Shown: positions 62,840 to 64,000 of the stretch, in pieces | How the letters are laid out: every line of letters starts with the position of its first letter | Numbering within the stretch: the first letter of the stretch is position 1 | NCBI RefSeq assembly: GCF_020745735.1 | Contig: NC_083423.1 | Span: 23,622,001 to 23,686,000 of the forward strand | DNA from: Hemiscyllium ocellatum | Taxonomy: Eukaryota | Direction of reading: 5' to 3' | Length of the DNA stretch: 64,000 nucleotides | Translations under genes and position numbers: made by a program | Notes under the pieces: generated by a model | What the model was told of the DNA's origin: nothing | Databases searched by the model: none | What the model saw: the letters and a program-made list of their open reading frames with translations, nothing else

Positions 62840-63590
62840 CCTGGATACAATTGACATAAATGATTTGGATAAAAAGATCAAAGGTTTGGTTGCTAAATCT
62901 GCTGATGACACAAAGATAGATAGAAAAGAGATTTTTGTAGAGGACATAAGGACCCTACAAAGGAATATAGCTAGGTTAGGTGAATCTGACAAATGGAGAA
63001 CAATGTGACAACATGTGGAATTGCCCATTTCAACATGTTATCTAAATGGTGAGAAGTTGCAGAGCCCCGAGATGTGGAGAGATCTGGGTTGCTAGGGCAT
63101 GAATCTCAGATCAATATGCAGGTACAGCAAGCAATCAGGAAAACTAAGAGAATGTAGAGTTTATTGCAAAGGGAACCGAATGGAAAGTTGGGGGGCTTAT
63201 GCTTCAGTGACACAGATATTGGTGAGATTGCTTCTGGTGTACTGTGTACAGTATGCATCACTGTACTTTGAGGATGTTAACAGGCTGGAAGCTGTTAAGA
63301 GAAAGTTTACTTGCCTAATACCCGAGTGGATTGCCTTATGAGGAAAGAGTAGACAGGCTAGGCCTGCATCCTGAAGTTTAGAAGAGACGGAAGTGACTTA
63401 ATAAACATAGATCCTGAGGGGACATTACCCTGGTGGGGTGTTAAAAAGGATGTTTCTTCTTATGCGAGAATCCTGAACGAGAGACAAAGCTTAAAAATAA
63501 GGAGTCATCCATTAATAACAGAAATGAGGAAACTTTTTTTTCCCCCTCAGATGTGAAGTCTTTAGATTTTCCTTCCTCAATAAACAATGA
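62840..63590 (+). mobile_element. Degenerate CR1 RT fragment
   Basis: INDLD...AKSADDTKI, LVRLLLVYCVQY motifs. Confidence 0.8.
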
Positions 63591-63599
63591 ATGCTGAAT

Positions 63600-64000
63600 A
63601 GAGTCATAGAACATAGAAAAATACAGCGCAGTACAGGCCCTTTGGCCCTCGATGTTGCGCCAACCCAAACCCACCTAACCTACACTAGCCCACTATCCTC
63701 CATATGCCTATCCAATGTCCGTTTAAATGCCCATAAAGAGGGAGAGTCCACCTCTGCTACTGGCAGGGCATTCCATGAACTCACGATTTGCTGAGTAAAG
63801 AATCTACCCCTAACATCTGTCCTATACCTACCACCCCTTAATTTAAAGCTATGCCCCCTCGTAATAGCTGACTCCATACGTGGAAAAAGGTCATAGAGCT
63901 GTAGAGCATGGAAACAGACCCTTTGATCCTACTCATCTATGCCAACCAGATATGCTAAATTTATCTCGTCCCATTTGCCAGCTCTTGGCCCATTCCCTTC
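63600..64000 (-). mobile_element. Two CR1-family 3' ends
   Basis: TRGHSFKLRGGRYRTDVRGRFFTQ..V..WNALP on -; a second HER1-like tail starts at ~63890. Confidence 0.85.

Overview
Vertebrate nuclear DNA. The HE1-type SINE and the HER1/CR1 LINEs point to a cartilaginous fish, probably a shark (inference). Three genes are present. (1) An uncharacterised, multi-exon + strand gene with about 19-21 coding exons from 5753 to ~47414 and ~850-900 aa in the window. Its 5' end was not identified. The exons chain through GT-AG sites with matching phases except at one junction. (2) SPMIP1/ATP6V1FNB on the - strand (2 coding exons, 184 aa). (3) ATP6V1F on the - strand (2 coding exons, 119 aa) with a CpG-rich TATA/CRE/NRF1 promoter. 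The rest is a near full-length but disabled CR1/HER1 LINE, truncated LINEs, Penelope-like elements carrying minimal hammerhead motifs, a hAT transposase fossil, solo LTRs, SINEs, about 10 distinct tandem arrays and four assembly gaps. Most long ORFs in the track are artefacts of stop-free repeats. The most notable observations are: a 29-bp VNTR intron that is one repeat unit away from being fully open and in frame between two exons; a tandem array of ~22 CTCF-like motifs; two intact sense-strand minimal hammerheads in introns of one pre-mRNA; and the unnamed gene itself. I found no clearly new multi-gene system.
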